From Takakia lepidozioides (lineage: Eukaryota > Plantae > Bryophyta): a stretch of 64,000 nt of DNA. Below the pieces are notes generated by a model that was not told where the DNA came from, did not search any database, and saw nothing but the letters and a program-made list of their open reading frames with translations. Both the position numbers and the translations under genes were made by a program. The first letter of the stretch is position 1. Every line of letters begins with the position of its first letter. Below are positions 1 through 14,291 of the stretch, one piece after another. The DNA lies in contig CM060733.1 of assembly GCA_030704615.1 (NCBI GenBank), positions 50,902,001-50,966,000 on the forward strand, given 5' to 3'.

Positions 1-2677
1 AGGAGGATGTCACAGAGTCAGATGAGGCCACTGCTCGTGTGCACCATCAATCTGGGGTGGAGGAAACTGAGGAGCACCAGGGGAAGAACAGTGGATTTGG
101 TAATGACAGTGAGGAACTACAAAGCACTGAAACAGATTTGTCAAGGCATAGCGGGAGTATGGACCCCAATGATGCAAGTGTTCATACTTCGGGTGGCCAC
201 TCCTTGGTTACAGGTGTTGGCATAAATGTTCCAGTAGGTAATGGGAAGGGTATATCTGGAGTTCAGCTTGGTGGGGATGCTAGTGGTGCCCAAGGTAAGG
301 AGAGGAAGGGGGATGTTGATTTGCAGATGGAGAAGCATGAGACTCAGCAAGTGGTGGACCCAAAAACCAAGGGGAAAAAGAAATCAAAACATAGTTCTGG
401 TAGGCGCAAAGTTGTGCACCCCAGTCTCATCCTTGCTGTCTGCAGTTCTGCTTGAAATGGTTGCATAGACTGTCCTGATGCAAAGCTGCCAGCAACTTAA
501 TTTAGTGCTAGAGGTTACCTTAATCTGTTTGTTCCTACACATTCTCATGTTCATTCAATGTTCTTTCAGAGGTAGAAGCTCAACCAATTATGCATTTGTC
601 TGGTGCCTGATGGTGTCTTGCTGGTGGGTATCATGAAGCCGCTCCTTGCGATATAAACTTTCGGAGTACAACAGAAGGGCTTGAAGAACCTGAGGACACC
701 TCAAAGTTTGCAGCTTTCTCATTGAACTACATTCAGAGAGAGGAAAGACCTGAGGGAAATACAGAGTGGGAACCACGGTTTGCTGGCCACCAAACACTTG
801 AGGACAGAGAAGACTCATTTCATGCAAGAAACCAAACTCTACACTGTGGGTTTGTTCAGTCTCCACAAGGATATGCTGGGACTGGTTTTGAGTTGAATGA
901 TAGTGACTCCGAGTACCTCAGAACATGTCACATTGCAGTCTCTTCCTGCATCTTTGGAAACTGGGATCATATTCGATCTCCCCCCAGCAAAAAGGTAAAT
1001 AGCAAGTTGTGCCATGGATTGCAGCCAGCTCCCTCTTCTAAATTCTTGGACCATAAACAATGTTTTGAAACTGGTACTGAAGCTGTTTGTGCTGAACCTT
1101 GCAGATGTCAAGCTCCTCAAAGAAGAAGGTCTGTTTTGTGATGTTTGTGGATCAAGCAAGCCTGGATGTCATACTACAGGAAGGCCAGAAAGTTGATGCA
1201 AATGGGAACCTTGGATTATGGAGGATTGTACTTATTAAGAACTTGCCGTACCGTGATGGTCGGCGCAATGGGAAGGTGCCCAAATTTTTAACGCATCGAC
1301 TGTTCCCCAATGCCAGGCAAGTTGTCAGAAACTGAGTATTGTGGGCTGGTTGTAGATTACCACTTCTGACTTTGAAGTTGTGTCAGTTGCAGAGAAGGAG
1401 TGGTCATCGGTGTAATATCAATTGAAGCTGGGCCGAAGAAGCTGGTGTATTAGAGTAGGGTGGGCTTTGAGTAAGGCAAAAGTCAAATATAGGAGCATCT
1501 GCAGAAGAGTCATGTAATATTTATGCTGCAAGAGTGCATCTGTGGGGAACAGGTACTCAATATGGCTGGATAGTAAGCTGCGCTTACAGAGTGATCCACT
1601 TTTGATTTTGGAGTATTTCTTATGGCGGGGAAAGCATGAGTATGCCATATCCAACCATTATGATCGCCATTGTGTGTGGGAGGAAGTGGCACAAAACAAG
1701 CGGCTGAACAAGTTCAACCACTCTATCATTGACCAGCAGTTCCTCTTTTATCAGAAGGATGGCCTCCCACGTTTCAATGAGTCCGATCATTCTCGGCTTC
1801 TACCCAGTCGTGAGTGGCAATTCCTCCCTGTGGTGTTGTGTTATGCCTCAGCTTATGTATGGATACCTGCCTCTTATTAGGACGTGGAATGGAAGGAAGA
1901 AATTTTGATGAATATGTCTGGGACTCAAGAGGTGTACATTTTGTAATGGCAGATGTGCCGGAAGGATCATTCATAGTGAGGGCCCACACCCCCATGGCCA
2001 ACCTTTTTTCCTGTCTCTGGTTCAATGAAGTGGACCGCTTCACTCCTCGTGATCAGCTGAGCTTTGCTTACACCTACCTGAAGCTTGCCCGCACCAACCC
2101 TCCACGGCGTTTTCGTTTTCACATGTTCAAGGTATGTGAGGGCTCCATGAATGTAGAAACTCGTTACCATATCTTCGTTCTTGCTTTACTCCAGTGGTAT
2201 CTGTTTCCCATATGTAGATGAAGTTAAAGGTTGTTACTACTGTGTAGATTGTACTGCATTTAGGAGATTTTGCATGGAGTATGGGCATTGTGCATGTACT
2301 TCACTAGTCAATAACAGTCCATCAAACCAACCAGAAGAACCAATCTTTGATGGGACACTGTCCAGAAGGTCAGACCTGCAGGTCTGTAGTCCACTCTCCA
2401 ATATTCCTGTAAGGCTTTCTTGTGCTACTGACATACCGTGGCAAATGTATTCAAGACCACGACATTCTGTTTCTATTTCTATGCATCAGCTGACAATTTC
2501 AGGGGCTAAGTGGATAACATCATCCTTAATCATTGTTCTTCAAATTCCACATGAGTAGTTATGGCAAGACATCAATGATGGTTTTTGCAGGACTGTGAAC
2601 GTAAGGCTATGGCAAAGTTGTATCGTCACCGGCAAGATGTGGGACAAGATCGTACAGGCACCGGTCATGTATGGTGA
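1..2677 (+). CDS. DUF616 / TOD1-MUCI70-like glycosyltransferase-family protein, 5' end outside the window; exons approx <1-399, 639-994, 1105-1316, 1553-1809, 1953-2131, 2591-2677
   Basis: Spliced translation gives DUF616 motifs PRFAGHQTL, HCGFV, CHIAVSSCIFG, RRNGKVPKFLTHRLFPNARYSIWLDSKL, VPEGSFIVRAHTPMANLFSCLWFNEVDRFTPRDQLSFAY and FKDCER. Introns are GT-AG except one GC-AG donor at 1317. Confidence 0.9.
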
Positions 2678-5600
2678 TGGTTGAGATAGGTTTGAGTTTG
2701 CACTGTTGGGCCTTGTCTGTGGCATGTCCTCACACCCACACATTGGGGTTGCTCTTTTTCCATATTTTCAGCCTTCTTGGCCATTGTTTTTTGTGACCAA
2801 TGTTTTATCAAATGTGGTGATCTGAGTTGCCCCTCAAGATGTGTACAATGTCAACAGCCAGCCCATGCAATCAACGTCTCTTTGTGGCACTCTGCTATCT
2901 GCAATCCAAATTAGGTTCCTGCCGTTGATTGACATCTGTGATCCTTTTTCACTGTTTGTTTCTGGTAGTATGTCATCTAAAGGCAGAGCTGGCTTTGTAG
3001 CTAGAGCAGTCACTGTTTAAAGATTACCAGTCGGGCGGAGACACAGTTTCTGGTGGTATATATCGTCTTCCTCCTTGACATGACTGGTGACCACTGAAGT
3101 CACCCTGTATTGAAAGTGGGTTGGATCATCTGCTTTGTCAATATTGCAGCATTATTTGACCAAAGAGTCTTGCATTTCTATGAAGCAATCTGCATTGTGG
3201 CCCTCTTGTTGCATTAATAGTACCCTGGGTAGTACACATTTGAGATGTAAAATTGCAGTCTTCAGCAGATACCAAGGTTATTGCGGACAAAGATAGATGA
3301 TGGAAATTATGTTGCCGAGGTGATCCTGAACTACATCAAATGCAGGCCATTGCTATCAAAGCCAAGTGCAGCCTGCCTGCTAACAGTGTTTGACAGTATA
3401 AAGAGTATGCCTGCGGGGTCGTGCATTTATTCTTGAGAGTTTTTTATCACCCAAGGCACTCTGGAGTGTGGACTCCACCTTCCTCATGACACTGAACCTG
3501 ATTGTGAACACGAATTGCTGATGCCTTGGACCATTGAGCTAGGGGCTATTAGTGAAGAAGTCTCTCCAAGGAAGGTGGGCTCTTCTGCCTCACCCAACTG
3601 ACACTGAGAAGGTGGGATTCCGTTTTTATACTCCAACTGCATTTCGGTTGGTGTAACTTAGCAGCTCCAGCCTGCAACTTCCTCATCTTTAGCCATGGAC
3701 GCCTGCTATCTGTTTTGCAGAGTCAACTTTTGCTAAATATATGATCACAGTGTGGTCAACTCAAGCGACACTTGGCAGAAATTCTGTGGCATCCAATTGT
3801 GAATCATGATCATCAGGTGGACTAAATGGGATTATAATTTAGGATTGGGGAACAAAGTTTGGACTCAATTCAGATTTGGTGTTGTTGGAAATTGGAATCA
3901 GGATCTATTAGTTGTTTACATGGTCTGTGGGCAGTTGCCCAACCTGGCTTCATGGCATATGAAATATAGCAAAAGGAAGGATTTGTGTGGAGGTTCTAGG
4001 AAGGTTCGAGGCGGCAACCAAGCATCTCAAAGCCTAATTTGAGGGGTGCAAACTACAAGAATCATTAAACATATGCCCTTCATCGACACCAAAAAAGGGT
4101 TACATTGACTTCTAATTGAATAAAACTATCACATGAAAGGCGTTGAAAATTATGGCAGAGACAATTGCTCCTGGGAATTCCACCGTCCATGAAAGATGGT
4201 TCTGTAAGCAACTTATGTTTATCAAAATAAGCACCAGCCCCAGTCCATAGTCATAATCAATTTGCGAACTGTCCAAAACAGAGATTGGAAGGCCAGTATG
4301 CTAGTAATGGTTGTAGAAGCCCCAAGCCTGTCAAAGCAAACATGCTTTCTTCAATACTTGTCCACTCTAAGGTTTGATTCACACCGTTTTGTGGGCATTT
4401 CATAAGGGCATATGTTTGAATGCCTTGTAACTAAGAAAAGAAGGGCACATACTCTGCCCTTCACAAAAGATAGAGAGGTCAATTTGCATCCCAACTGATC
4501 GCCACTGCCATTATTAGCAGCAGCAGCAGCTGCATGGAAAGGATTCGTTAGGCGCTGAAGCGCGTAGGAAGAGAGGACCCACCATGATGATCAGAGGGCC
4601 ACTGTTGCCATGAATTTGCAGCGGCAGAGGGAGGCACAGTGATACCGACAAAGAGGAGAGTGTTGTGGAGGGAAAAGCGAGGGTGGGGGGTGGGGTTACG
4701 GGAGCAACATGTGATGCATGGCATGTTGTGGATGGATGAACTTGCTGTTACCACCGACAGCTGTGCAGGGTACCGGCCGGGCTAGACAAGGCGTCCAAGA
4801 GACAGTTCCTGTGCACACGGTGAGCTTGCCAGATTGCTCATGGGTTTAGCCTAACAGTACGAGCGGAGAGGGAGACGGAGAGATTGATTGAGATTGCAAG
4901 AGGGGGAGAGAGGAGGGTTAGAGCTTGAGGAACTGGGGGATTCTGGAGATGGGTCTGGCCTAAAAATACATCAGAGAAGTGAGAGAGGGAGAGACAGACT
5001 GTCAAGAGGTAGAGAACAAGGGACTGAGGTAGGGTGGAGATGGGTTTAGCCTGAGAGAGTGAGTGAGGAGAGGGAGAGTGAAGGACATTAAAGGGAGAGA
5101 GAGAAAGAGGGTGGAGTTGTAAGGGGCTCGGCTCCGATGCTGACTGTGGTAACAGGCAGGCTGGTGGGCAGTGGCAAACTCTAGCATCGGAGGACTCAAT
5201 TCTACAAGGTATGTTGGTGTAAGGAGGCCCGATTTAGAGGTAGGGGGGAGAGAGAAGAGAAGGACAGAGTTTTGAATTTTTGGTTTTAGATGTGGGTACT
5301 GGTTGATCGATTCACAGGTGGGTCGTTGGACAGTCCTAGCCGGATGCCCGTCCTGCCACATTGGTTTTATGTACTACGGACCTAGTGTTTGTCACAGCGG
5401 TAGGATTTAGTCAGGGAGGAAGTATGTGTGTAGATATGAAACTTAGTACGCAGTGAAGCTAATCCCCTGTTTTACCTTGTTGCCGAAAGTACCAAGGGTG
5501 TAGAAATGATCCGATCCTTTTTGCAATCTGGAGTTGCAGCCCCCTATGTGGAAGCGTATGGGTTCAGCTGCTAATTCATATATGCACCAAGGCTTACGAT

Positions 5601-6694
5601 GGGGAGTTGCTGTATAGTCTGTAGTGTGTGTCGTGGGAAGAACACAGAAGGTTGTCCTTGCATTAATGAAAGAGATGAGAGAGATTTAGGAGAGAAACAA
5701 ACACATTTGGCAAGTTATAGGTTATAGTTTGGGTGGCCACGGGCTCCATATATGGTGGAGTTGTGCTCTCCTAGAGCTGCTCTGGATGTCACATCGAGGA
5801 TTTTCTCTTCAACTTGTCCCCATTATTTTCAGCTGTTTACAATTAGCTGGAAAAATGGTATAGCAGCTTTGGACTTGATAGCACATACGCACACTCAATT
5901 TAGACTCAATTTAGACTCCAACTTAGTCTTACAAGTCAATGGCCAAGACTGGTATGTTATGTGCAATAAACTAACCTCATATGGGCAGTATCATCCTGTA
6001 GTACATCACATAACCTAGACCTAGGACAAGCACTGAAGTTCTGCAAGCAATGAATCTCCTCCCATCCTCAAGTCTTACTTATAGGGGATCCCCAGCCTCG
6101 GGATAGCACCTCGCTAATACGCTCAGCCCCAGACATTCAGTGGTCTAGATCCTATGATCTATTGTGGTCATGATCTGCTAGCTTCGCTAACCAGTGGTTG
6201 CTTACTTCCAACTTCAAATAGTATCTTCTGTTATCCTCTCCTTTGAGTCTGGTCCATCTTCTCCCCGATACTAAAGTTCTTGCTCGTGATCAAAGGAGCA
6301 ATATGACTTGGAGATGAAGCTCCATGAGTTTAGTTGTATAGTGAGTTCCCTCAGGAAGGGTCATACAGGTTCAAAGGTGTAGTGGATCCTGTTAAAAGCT
6401 GTAGTGATATGTGCAGACAAGGGGATATATGGTGATGCAGAAGCAGGAGCTTAGTTAAATTGCTGGGTGCAACCTTGAGTGGTCCTCCTTGGCTGATGTT
6501 ATGAGTAATGAAATTTTCTAAAGTGTATATTTATTGTAAACTGCAGAAAAGTAGAACTGCCCTTTGATGGCAAGGTGTATGATAGTCTTGTATTTGACCA
6601 GTGCATCCTTCCCCTTGCATGTCATCTTTCAGTTCAATTACAAAGAGGAGTTGTCTGCCAAGGCTGCAAACTTTGACGATTGGGTGAGGGCGAG

Positions 6695-9600
6695 ATGGGG
6701 AATGGGCAAACTAAAGAAGAGCAGCTGTACCAAGCTGTGCAAAATGGGAACCACAATGCTGTCAAGGCCCTGCGCCGCGATGGAGCGTCCTTGGAGGTTC
6801 GTGTTGCTACCTGCTCGCTTGGTTTTGGGTGGGGCGCAGTGTGGGGGGGGTTGCGGTTTGTGTTCACATGCATTGTTCTTCTGTTGAAAATAAACTTTAA
6901 GCTGAGCCTCCATTGCAGATGCATTCGGGTAAATTCCAGAGTGGCAGGTTTGTGGGTTGCTAAGCTTTCACGAAACTGGAGATAGACATATTAACTATAG
7001 GTGATCAAGTGGTGCTATGGAGCACTTTGCAGGAGCTAAAGCTGCTATTATGCACCTCCCTTTGTGCTCTTTGTAACATCTCAATCTGCCAAGCAGTTGG
7101 GTGCTCTGCAGCCTTAAATCACAGGGATAGCATCTGGCTCATGTGTGCAGTGTTGCCATACATTGCTGTAAGCATCTGGCTGCATACAAAGGCTTTGTCT
7201 CTGTAAGAAAGGGCAAAGAAAGGTCATGAAGCAGGCAGAAGGGATAACATGAATATCTTGTTGATGTTGTGCAGTGGGTGGACAAAGAAGGACGTACTCC
7301 ACTCATTCTGGCTTGCACTCGCGGTGACTTATTTGAAATGGTTTTAACCCTCCTCAAACTAGGAGCCAATATGAATGCCTATCGGCCTGGTATGCCTCTC
7401 CCTGGGGTACTGGGATATTGTTAAGCATATGCCAATAGGCAAGTCAAGTAAAATGAGGGAACGGAATAAAGTCTGTAGGGGAGTCCTAACAGCTTGTCAC
7501 TGCTATATAAGATATAGTTGATGGCCTCGTTCTCTTGGATTGACTCTCAGTGATGAAACTGCATTCTTTCTGGATTCCTCTCTTTTTGTTGTTGTTTCTT
7601 TTTGTTGTTGTTTTGTTCTGATGCCTTTGCTTCCATCTCCTCTGCTCTTCCTTACCTTGGATGTTTCTAATCCCAAATGTGAGTTTAGACTTTACTGGGC
7701 TCTCATATTGATATATTTAAAGTTTTTTTTCCAGGTAGCTCTTGATAAAGAATGATTTTTGGAGTTTGAAAGGATGGGTTGGGCCTGTGCACAGGGACTC
7801 ATGGAGGCTTCCCTCTACATCATGCTGCGAAGCGTGGCTTAGACAAGACTGTGCTGTTGCTTCTTTCCCATGGAGGTTAGCGATCTAATTGACCTCTCCT
7901 GCTTACAAATGTGAGTGATAGATTCTCTGGACCAAGGACAGTGGCAATGCTTACTTTTTGTAATAAGAGTGAATTTTGCTGATCCTTGAAGTACCTGGGT
8001 GTTGCTGTGCAGCTGACCCATTGCTTGTTAATGATGATGCACTGACTCCGCTGGATATGGCACGCAATCGGGGCCATGTGTCTGTGGTTCGCATGATTGA
8101 GGTATGCCTTGTGGCTATTATGTAATCTTTGCCCCTTTATGTAGAGAACAAGGCCATGTAATTCTAATTATTCTTTGTATGGTTAATGCATGGAGTTTGC
8201 CATTCTCTTGTGAGTCAAATGTTTGTGGTTGATTGCCAATCACATGAAGTTATAAACAGTGCTGGGAGCTTGATCTGCTTAAATGCAGGGAGTTGCTATT
8301 GAAGTTGATAGAAGTACCTGGAAAGGGTCTCTTGAATTTTTGGCCATGGCAAAACAATGTGAACCTATCTGGTGTTGAGCAGGCTTGGTCACTACTTAAG
8401 AAACTTGGAGTCATTGATTCTTGTGATATATCTACTAAATCATGTAGGAAAGTCGGTGGCACAATATATGTAATAGTCCAAGATGCTTTTGAGGGGACTA
8501 GTGTGTGCATAGGGTTCCAAGTGCTGGTCCTACCTTTTAGCCCTGGTACTTGCCTGTGCTATAAGTACAGTGTTGGCATCATTCAGTAGGAGCAAGACTA
8601 TCAGGCAAATTTGAAGTAGCAGGAGATGAGACAAAGCTTCACATTTAAGGTAGAATTTTTTTTTAAGTATGAGGTGTTTCAAAGAGAAATGTTGCTGGGC
8701 ATGCAGGACCGCATTTGTCTCTTTAGTGGAGTGGTCCGCGAATTGGCTGGACCCGGGTTTCTAGAAGCACTGGCACCCCAGTGGGTGACTAAAAAGATGT
8801 CAGTGAGCTGTTCTGGACCTCTTCTCATTTGTAATGTCTGCTCGTCTGGCATGCAGGTTTTGAGTTTAGTTGTGCTGAACTAGTTGAAGACCTTCAGTAG
8901 TGGATTTGAAAGTTAGATTCACCACTCATCATCTGTTGGATTGTAAGACTCAAATGGAGACCTTAGCAGAGAGCGCTATGGAGATGGATGAAGCTCCCTA
9001 GCAGAACCCAGTTACAAAATTATAATGGCTCGCTGGTAACTGCAGGGTTGCTCTCCAGTGCACACGATGTACCTCAAAAGTCCTCACTGATTGGCAGGCC
9101 CACAAACTTTGCAGCAAAGTTATAATCAAAGCAACCATTTTCCAAATTGCATCCTAAACTTCTTCAGGTGTCAGAAAGATATGTTTGTACATAAACGTGG
9201 TCCTGTTTGTGGGAAGGGAGGTTGCAGTTGGGTAGTGGTGTTACCAGCAGAGACAGATCGGAGAAGGCATCCCCGATTTGAGCTTGTTATCTACCAGTCT
9301 CCTAAGGTGATTCTTCTGCTACCTGTGTAGAACATAATATGTATGAGAAGCTGCTGCAAGACTGGACACTTGCTGAACCGGTTAACACTCAGTACTCAAA
9401 AGGATTTTGGTAGGGCTGGAAAGGAAGGCTTGGTGCAGCCTTTCTGCTGGCTGCCCTTGCACAGTTTGAACCCCTGGTATCAAGCCTCAGTATGAACCCA
9501 GAATGACAACCTGAGGTCGACTGCCTGGGCGTTGACCTGCTAAATGGGTTGCTATGACAGGTGAGCCTTTGGAGTGGAGGGGGGTCATCACCTGCGTCTC

Positions 9601-11315
9601 ATGCTGCTGGATTCTGCAATGTTCGTAAGCTGTTTAGTGGGGTCTCTATGGTGCTACGAGGAGGTGTTAGCAGATCCTTGAACAGTTTCGAGTTTCCGAG
9701 TCATCTTAACATAACACCTACTGGGGTCTGTGGACTTTAGAGTCAGTGCATTTGCAATTGGGGAGGAACATTATGTCATGGTATGGATGCATCATTGATC
9801 AAGTGTGTAGAAAGGATGCCCATTGGACATGACATTGACAGTGAAGGTGGGGTTTTGTGGCATGCCAGGTCCCCTTACCAAGAACAATAATACTGCTAGC
9901 AAAGGCTGAAGTGGAGGAGCCCAAGTTGAACTCACAAGATCCTGTTTTAGTTATCACTGATAAGAGCACAAGTAAGGCCCTGTCAATGTAACTCAAACAA
10001 CTGCACTGTGGTGAATGTTATGGGGAATGCAGTAGATGATTTGCCCAATCTGTGAAGGTTATGTTGTACTTTGTTGGCATGGCATTGAAGCTGTTTGTTT
10101 ATTTTATTCTTTCCGAAAGCTTGGTATGACGGAGTGGTCATTTCAATCATCAATCGGTGAAGCTAATTCGTGGATGGGTGTTGCAGAAACAAAGTACAAG
10201 TTCTTGTCAGAACAAGAGGGTGACAAGGTGCAGCTGGAGCGACTCTACAAGGCTTGCAAAGGGATTCCACAGGTGAGGTTCTTAATATTCTCTTAGTCTT
10301 AAGTCTATTCAAGATGAGTCTCTCACACACAGACTGGGATATGTGGTGACTTTTCTTTTCACTCCACTAATATTGATATGGTCTGTTGCTATCGAAGGTG
10401 CCAGCAGGGAGTGGGGGACCGGGAACCCCTTCACAAGTTGTTTTACAGGGGTTGTCTGCACTAATAAGGCCAACAACACAGCAGCAGCCTCCTAACTTCC
10501 CCACAGAGCCAACAGTTACCTCCTCAACCACCCCACACAGTCCCAGCCCAGGCAAGTTGGTGTCCCCAACTGAGGGACCATTTCCAGATGATGTAGCACT
10601 GGCCATGGCCATTGATGCGTCCATACGCTCTGCATCAGAAGAAGGCATTCCAGTGTCACCGGTTACTCGCCAATCCTCTGATGACCTCAAGGATCGGCAG
10701 AATACTAGTGAGGGCACTAATAGTGGCTGGGGAGGGTCTTCCGAATCGAAGACAAGGAAGTCATCAGATGGTAGCAAGTATGGGGGTTGGGTTGATGATG
10801 AAAAACAGTCCAATTATGGTGGGTGGAGCTCTTCCACTGAAGCAGGACCTAGCAGGGTCCATGACTCTCCTAAAAGTCAGCATAAAGTGTCTGACTCAGT
10901 ACCCCCGGTCATTCCAAAGCAGTCTGAGACCACTCCTACAACTACTCCACTAGAGCCTGCACCGGCGCCTGTTGCAGCCTCACCATCAGCACCTCCTCTT
11001 CCAGCACAGTACATAGCACCAGGGAATATTTATGATGGTCCCATCCACTACCCATCAATTGATACGTCACCAATACAGGTGGATTTCTCCTCTGTCACCC
11101 CACCAGATGTAGCGCCCGCTGCACCAAAAGTGGATGAGAAGACAGGTGGAAGCCAGTGTGTAGTATGCTGGGATGCGCCGGCACAGGGTGTATGTATACC
11201 ATGTGGTCACTTGGCAGGTTGCATGGATTGTTTGTCAGAGATCAAAGCCAAAGATTGGGGCTGTCCTGTTTGCCGAGCTTCTATTCAGCAAGTTGTCAAG
11301 GTCTATGCCGTCTGA
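6695..11315 (+). CDS. XBAT35: XBAT34/XBAT35-like ankyrin-repeat RING E3 ubiquitin ligase; exons approx 6695-6796, 7275-7389, 7795-7875, 8013-8101, 8707-8798, 9228-9306, 9869-9971, 10187-10272, ~10399/10449-11315
   Basis: The N-terminus MGNGQTKEEQLYQAV...LEWVDKEGRTPLILAC...GFPLHHAAKRGL...TPLDMAR contains ankyrin repeats, followed by ICLFSG and a C-terminal C3HC4 RING (CVVCWDAPAQGVCIPCGHLAGCMDC...CPVCR). Splice sites are canonical and keep the frame. Confidence 0.9.
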
Positions 11316-12716
11316 CGAGACTCTTACACCACAGAATTATGGAGTATCAGTGTTACAGAGGCTTGGTTTGAAACCACTATTTGTATATACGTGTGCTTTG
11401 AGACATTTGGTACTGTGATCATGAAGGGCATCTCAGTGTAAGCAGGGGAAGCTTTCAACTACTACCATCTCAAGGTCACTCAATAACTCTGCTGCTATGG
11501 GCTTATGTCAATTGGGATGGATGTTGAAAAGGGAGAAAATTATACTGAAACTTTTAAGCTTTGAGATACACCAAGGTGCAAGAGGTAGGACACGACAAAT
11601 GAAGTTGCACTTTGTACACAGATTGGCCATTTATGCTGATGAAGGGGTAGTTTTTTTGTCAGTGCTTGTAAGTGCTGCATGCCTGCATAACCTGGCTTGG
11701 AGACCGAGTTTGGCTTGTCTAGGCCTTGAGCTACACAAGGAGGATTTAGTATGGACTCCTCCCCATTTCAGTCCATTTGATGTGTCTGTTCCCTCTCCCT
11801 TTGTTTGAAGGAAGACTTCAGGAGTTCAATAAGCAGCAAAATAGTTGCAGCTAGCATTCTTGATTATGCCAAACTTTAGGTGGATGTAGATGAGCTGTTT
11901 GAAAGGTTAATGCATACTCTTCCTACTCAGTAAGGCTGCTGTCTATGGATCTCAATCTTAGATTCATTCCATTTCCCTATTATTCATGACATTGATGTGA
12001 GAATAAGCCTGGTGATGGTTCCAGAGTTCACTTTGTCACAGCTAAGAAAGAGTCTGGCAGATAATCCATCTTCTGTAGTGAAGGACCATTTCAGTCTGGA
12101 GGGTAATGGTTTTTGTTTCTGCAGGAAATGCTTCTGCTGTATTTGCTCAATCCCTCCTGTCCACAAGTTGGAGACTCTCACCAAATGAAATCATCACAAA
12201 TCAGATGTTTTTTCTTCCAGTATTCAGCAACCCTGACCATGTCAAAAGACTCTTGATGTCCTATGCAGTCCATGGAAAAGGTGTTTAGTTTAAACTCATG
12301 GAGAGCTCCACTCAGGCCCTCACAACCTTTTCTGTGGCAGACTGTCTTTTGGAAATTTACCCGCAGACATCGTCGTCGTCGACTAAAACGTTGGAAGCAC
12401 CTTTATTTATCAAATCTATCAAATATAACTTATCTACTTCTTGACACTGTGCTTGTTTCTAACGATTAGACAAACTGCCGGCTCAGAAGTCCAGCGATGA
12501 TTCAAACGCGCTTCCACGCAACTGCAGCGTGACTGATTTTGACTCGTTAGTGTCGAGTTGTCCAGACAGTAAACGTGGTTACCAAACTTTCCTTCATAGA
12601 CTCACCTTTGCACTGAGGAGGATTGCTTGCAAGCATCATTGTCAGCAGCTGATCTTCGAAGTTCAAACCAATTTGCGTTAATCATGATTTAGTAGTCCCA
12701 ACAAGAGTGGACAAGA

Positions 12717-12725
12717 CTATAAAAG
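12717..12725 (+). promoter_or_regulatory. Putative TATA box of the EG45-like gene
   Basis: CTATAAAAG lies about 45-50 bp upstream of the ATG at 12768. Confidence 0.4.
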
Positions 12726-12767
12726 TATCGGACGGGAGGACGGCAACCCGCATTGGTAGCTCCAGCC

Positions 12768-14291
12768 ATGACAGCTACTTGTCTAAGATGGTCTCTCTTG
12801 GCTCTCCTAGCACTCCATGTTTCAGTGGCTTATGCAAATGACGATATGGGGGATTTGGGTGAAGGGGTCGTGGCAGGTCGGGGCTCTCAGCTGTTGCCCA
12901 GCTCACGCCGCTTGTTAGGTGATCATAATCCTCAGGTGCTGCAGGTTGTTCTAGCGGACGCCTATAACAATTATACAGGTACTTTCCTGTATTCTCACTC
13001 TGTGTATTTGCATTTGAGTTAATGATCCGAGGCAACTACACATGTCACTCTCACATTTTATCTCATATACACGCTCGAGCGGGATCGTTTGCAACGAGCT
13101 GATGTTTCTTTCTCATTAAAACTATGCGGTCCAGTTTACAAAGATATAAGTGGTGATAAATATGAAAACTCGATCTCACTGTTGCATCCAAAAATTCTTA
13201 GATGAGCACGAACATGTACCTAACTTTAAGTATTTGTGGACTTTCCCCAGTGACCACTTGCGATGGCAGTAATCACAGTCGATTCCTCCCAGGACCGGAC
13301 ATTGCCTCAGTCGCAACTTCGCAATTCGACCCTTCACTATGTGGACAGTGCATGAAAGTGACATGTTTGAGTGGAACACGGGCTGACTCCCCTCACTGCA
13401 ATAGACAGACTCCTTCGGTGGTTGTCATTATTCTGGACGAGTGTGCTGACGACTGTGGTGGAAATCTTTTTGAGCTGTCGCTACCTGCTTTTGAGAAAAT
13501 TGCTGACCCAGATGCTGGTAGCTACAAAGTCATATATGAGAGGTAACTTCCACTACTCACTATACTAGTGTTCAATCCTTTCAATCTATGCAACGTATCA
13601 TCTTGCATATCCAAGCTTCCTATTCACGTACGTAATTGATTGAGACCTGATTGTGGACACATGAACATGGAGCTTGTGATCTATAATTTTTTAGTTGGCC
13701 ACGACGTTAGACCAGTGATCGCTGATATTTTAGCAACACAAGTAGTCATTAATGTGATAGTTGTCAAGCATCAGTACTGCTATTTTCTGCAAGTTACTCA
13801 AACTGTAGATGATCTATATTAGACATTTTTTGTAACCCTCTACGGCCCGGCCCACTGGGACCAACATACTGTGAGTGAAACTGATCGCTTCTATTCCAAG
13901 ACATGCCTGGGAATGAAACCTACCCTTTCAAGTTATGGGGTGCATAAGGAAGTTGGGAAGAGACGTCGAGGAGTTGGAGGACTGCAGTCTTCTCGGCTAT
14001 AGCCGAAGACAGTTTAAGATCACGGGTACCATCACATTTAAGTTCAGTGAACCTGAAGCAAGCTTCTTCTTTTTTTTGGTGGGGGGGAAGCATTTAACTT
14101 TAAGTTGGAACACCAAATTAGAGTCAATACTAACTAACTGTTTCAGACACTAACTGAAAGTGCAAGTGGGCAGGGCCCTAAGCACTACTCCTCTCTAAGT
14201 TGTTCAATTCAAGCTGCTGATCTAACTACTTTCGTGGTTCTCTCTATGTTCTGCTCACAGTGTCGCTTGCCCGAATGCCACTGGACAGTAA
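12768..14291 (+). CDS. Secreted EG45-like / plant natriuretic peptide-like single DPBB (expansin domain 1) protein; exons 12768-12978, 13251-13542, 14261-14291
   Basis: Hydrophobic signal peptide, then CGQCMKVTC...SVVVIILDEC...FELSLPAFEKIADPDAGSYKVIYE (RlpA-like double-psi beta barrel). The stop comes right after the barrel, so there is no expansin CBM63 domain. Confidence 0.8.

Noticed and set aside
4860-5260. GA-rich low-complexity tract with a 119-aa minus-strand ORF
   Set aside because: Most simply the 5' UTR/promoter region of the XBAT-like gene; the ORF is a compositional artefact.
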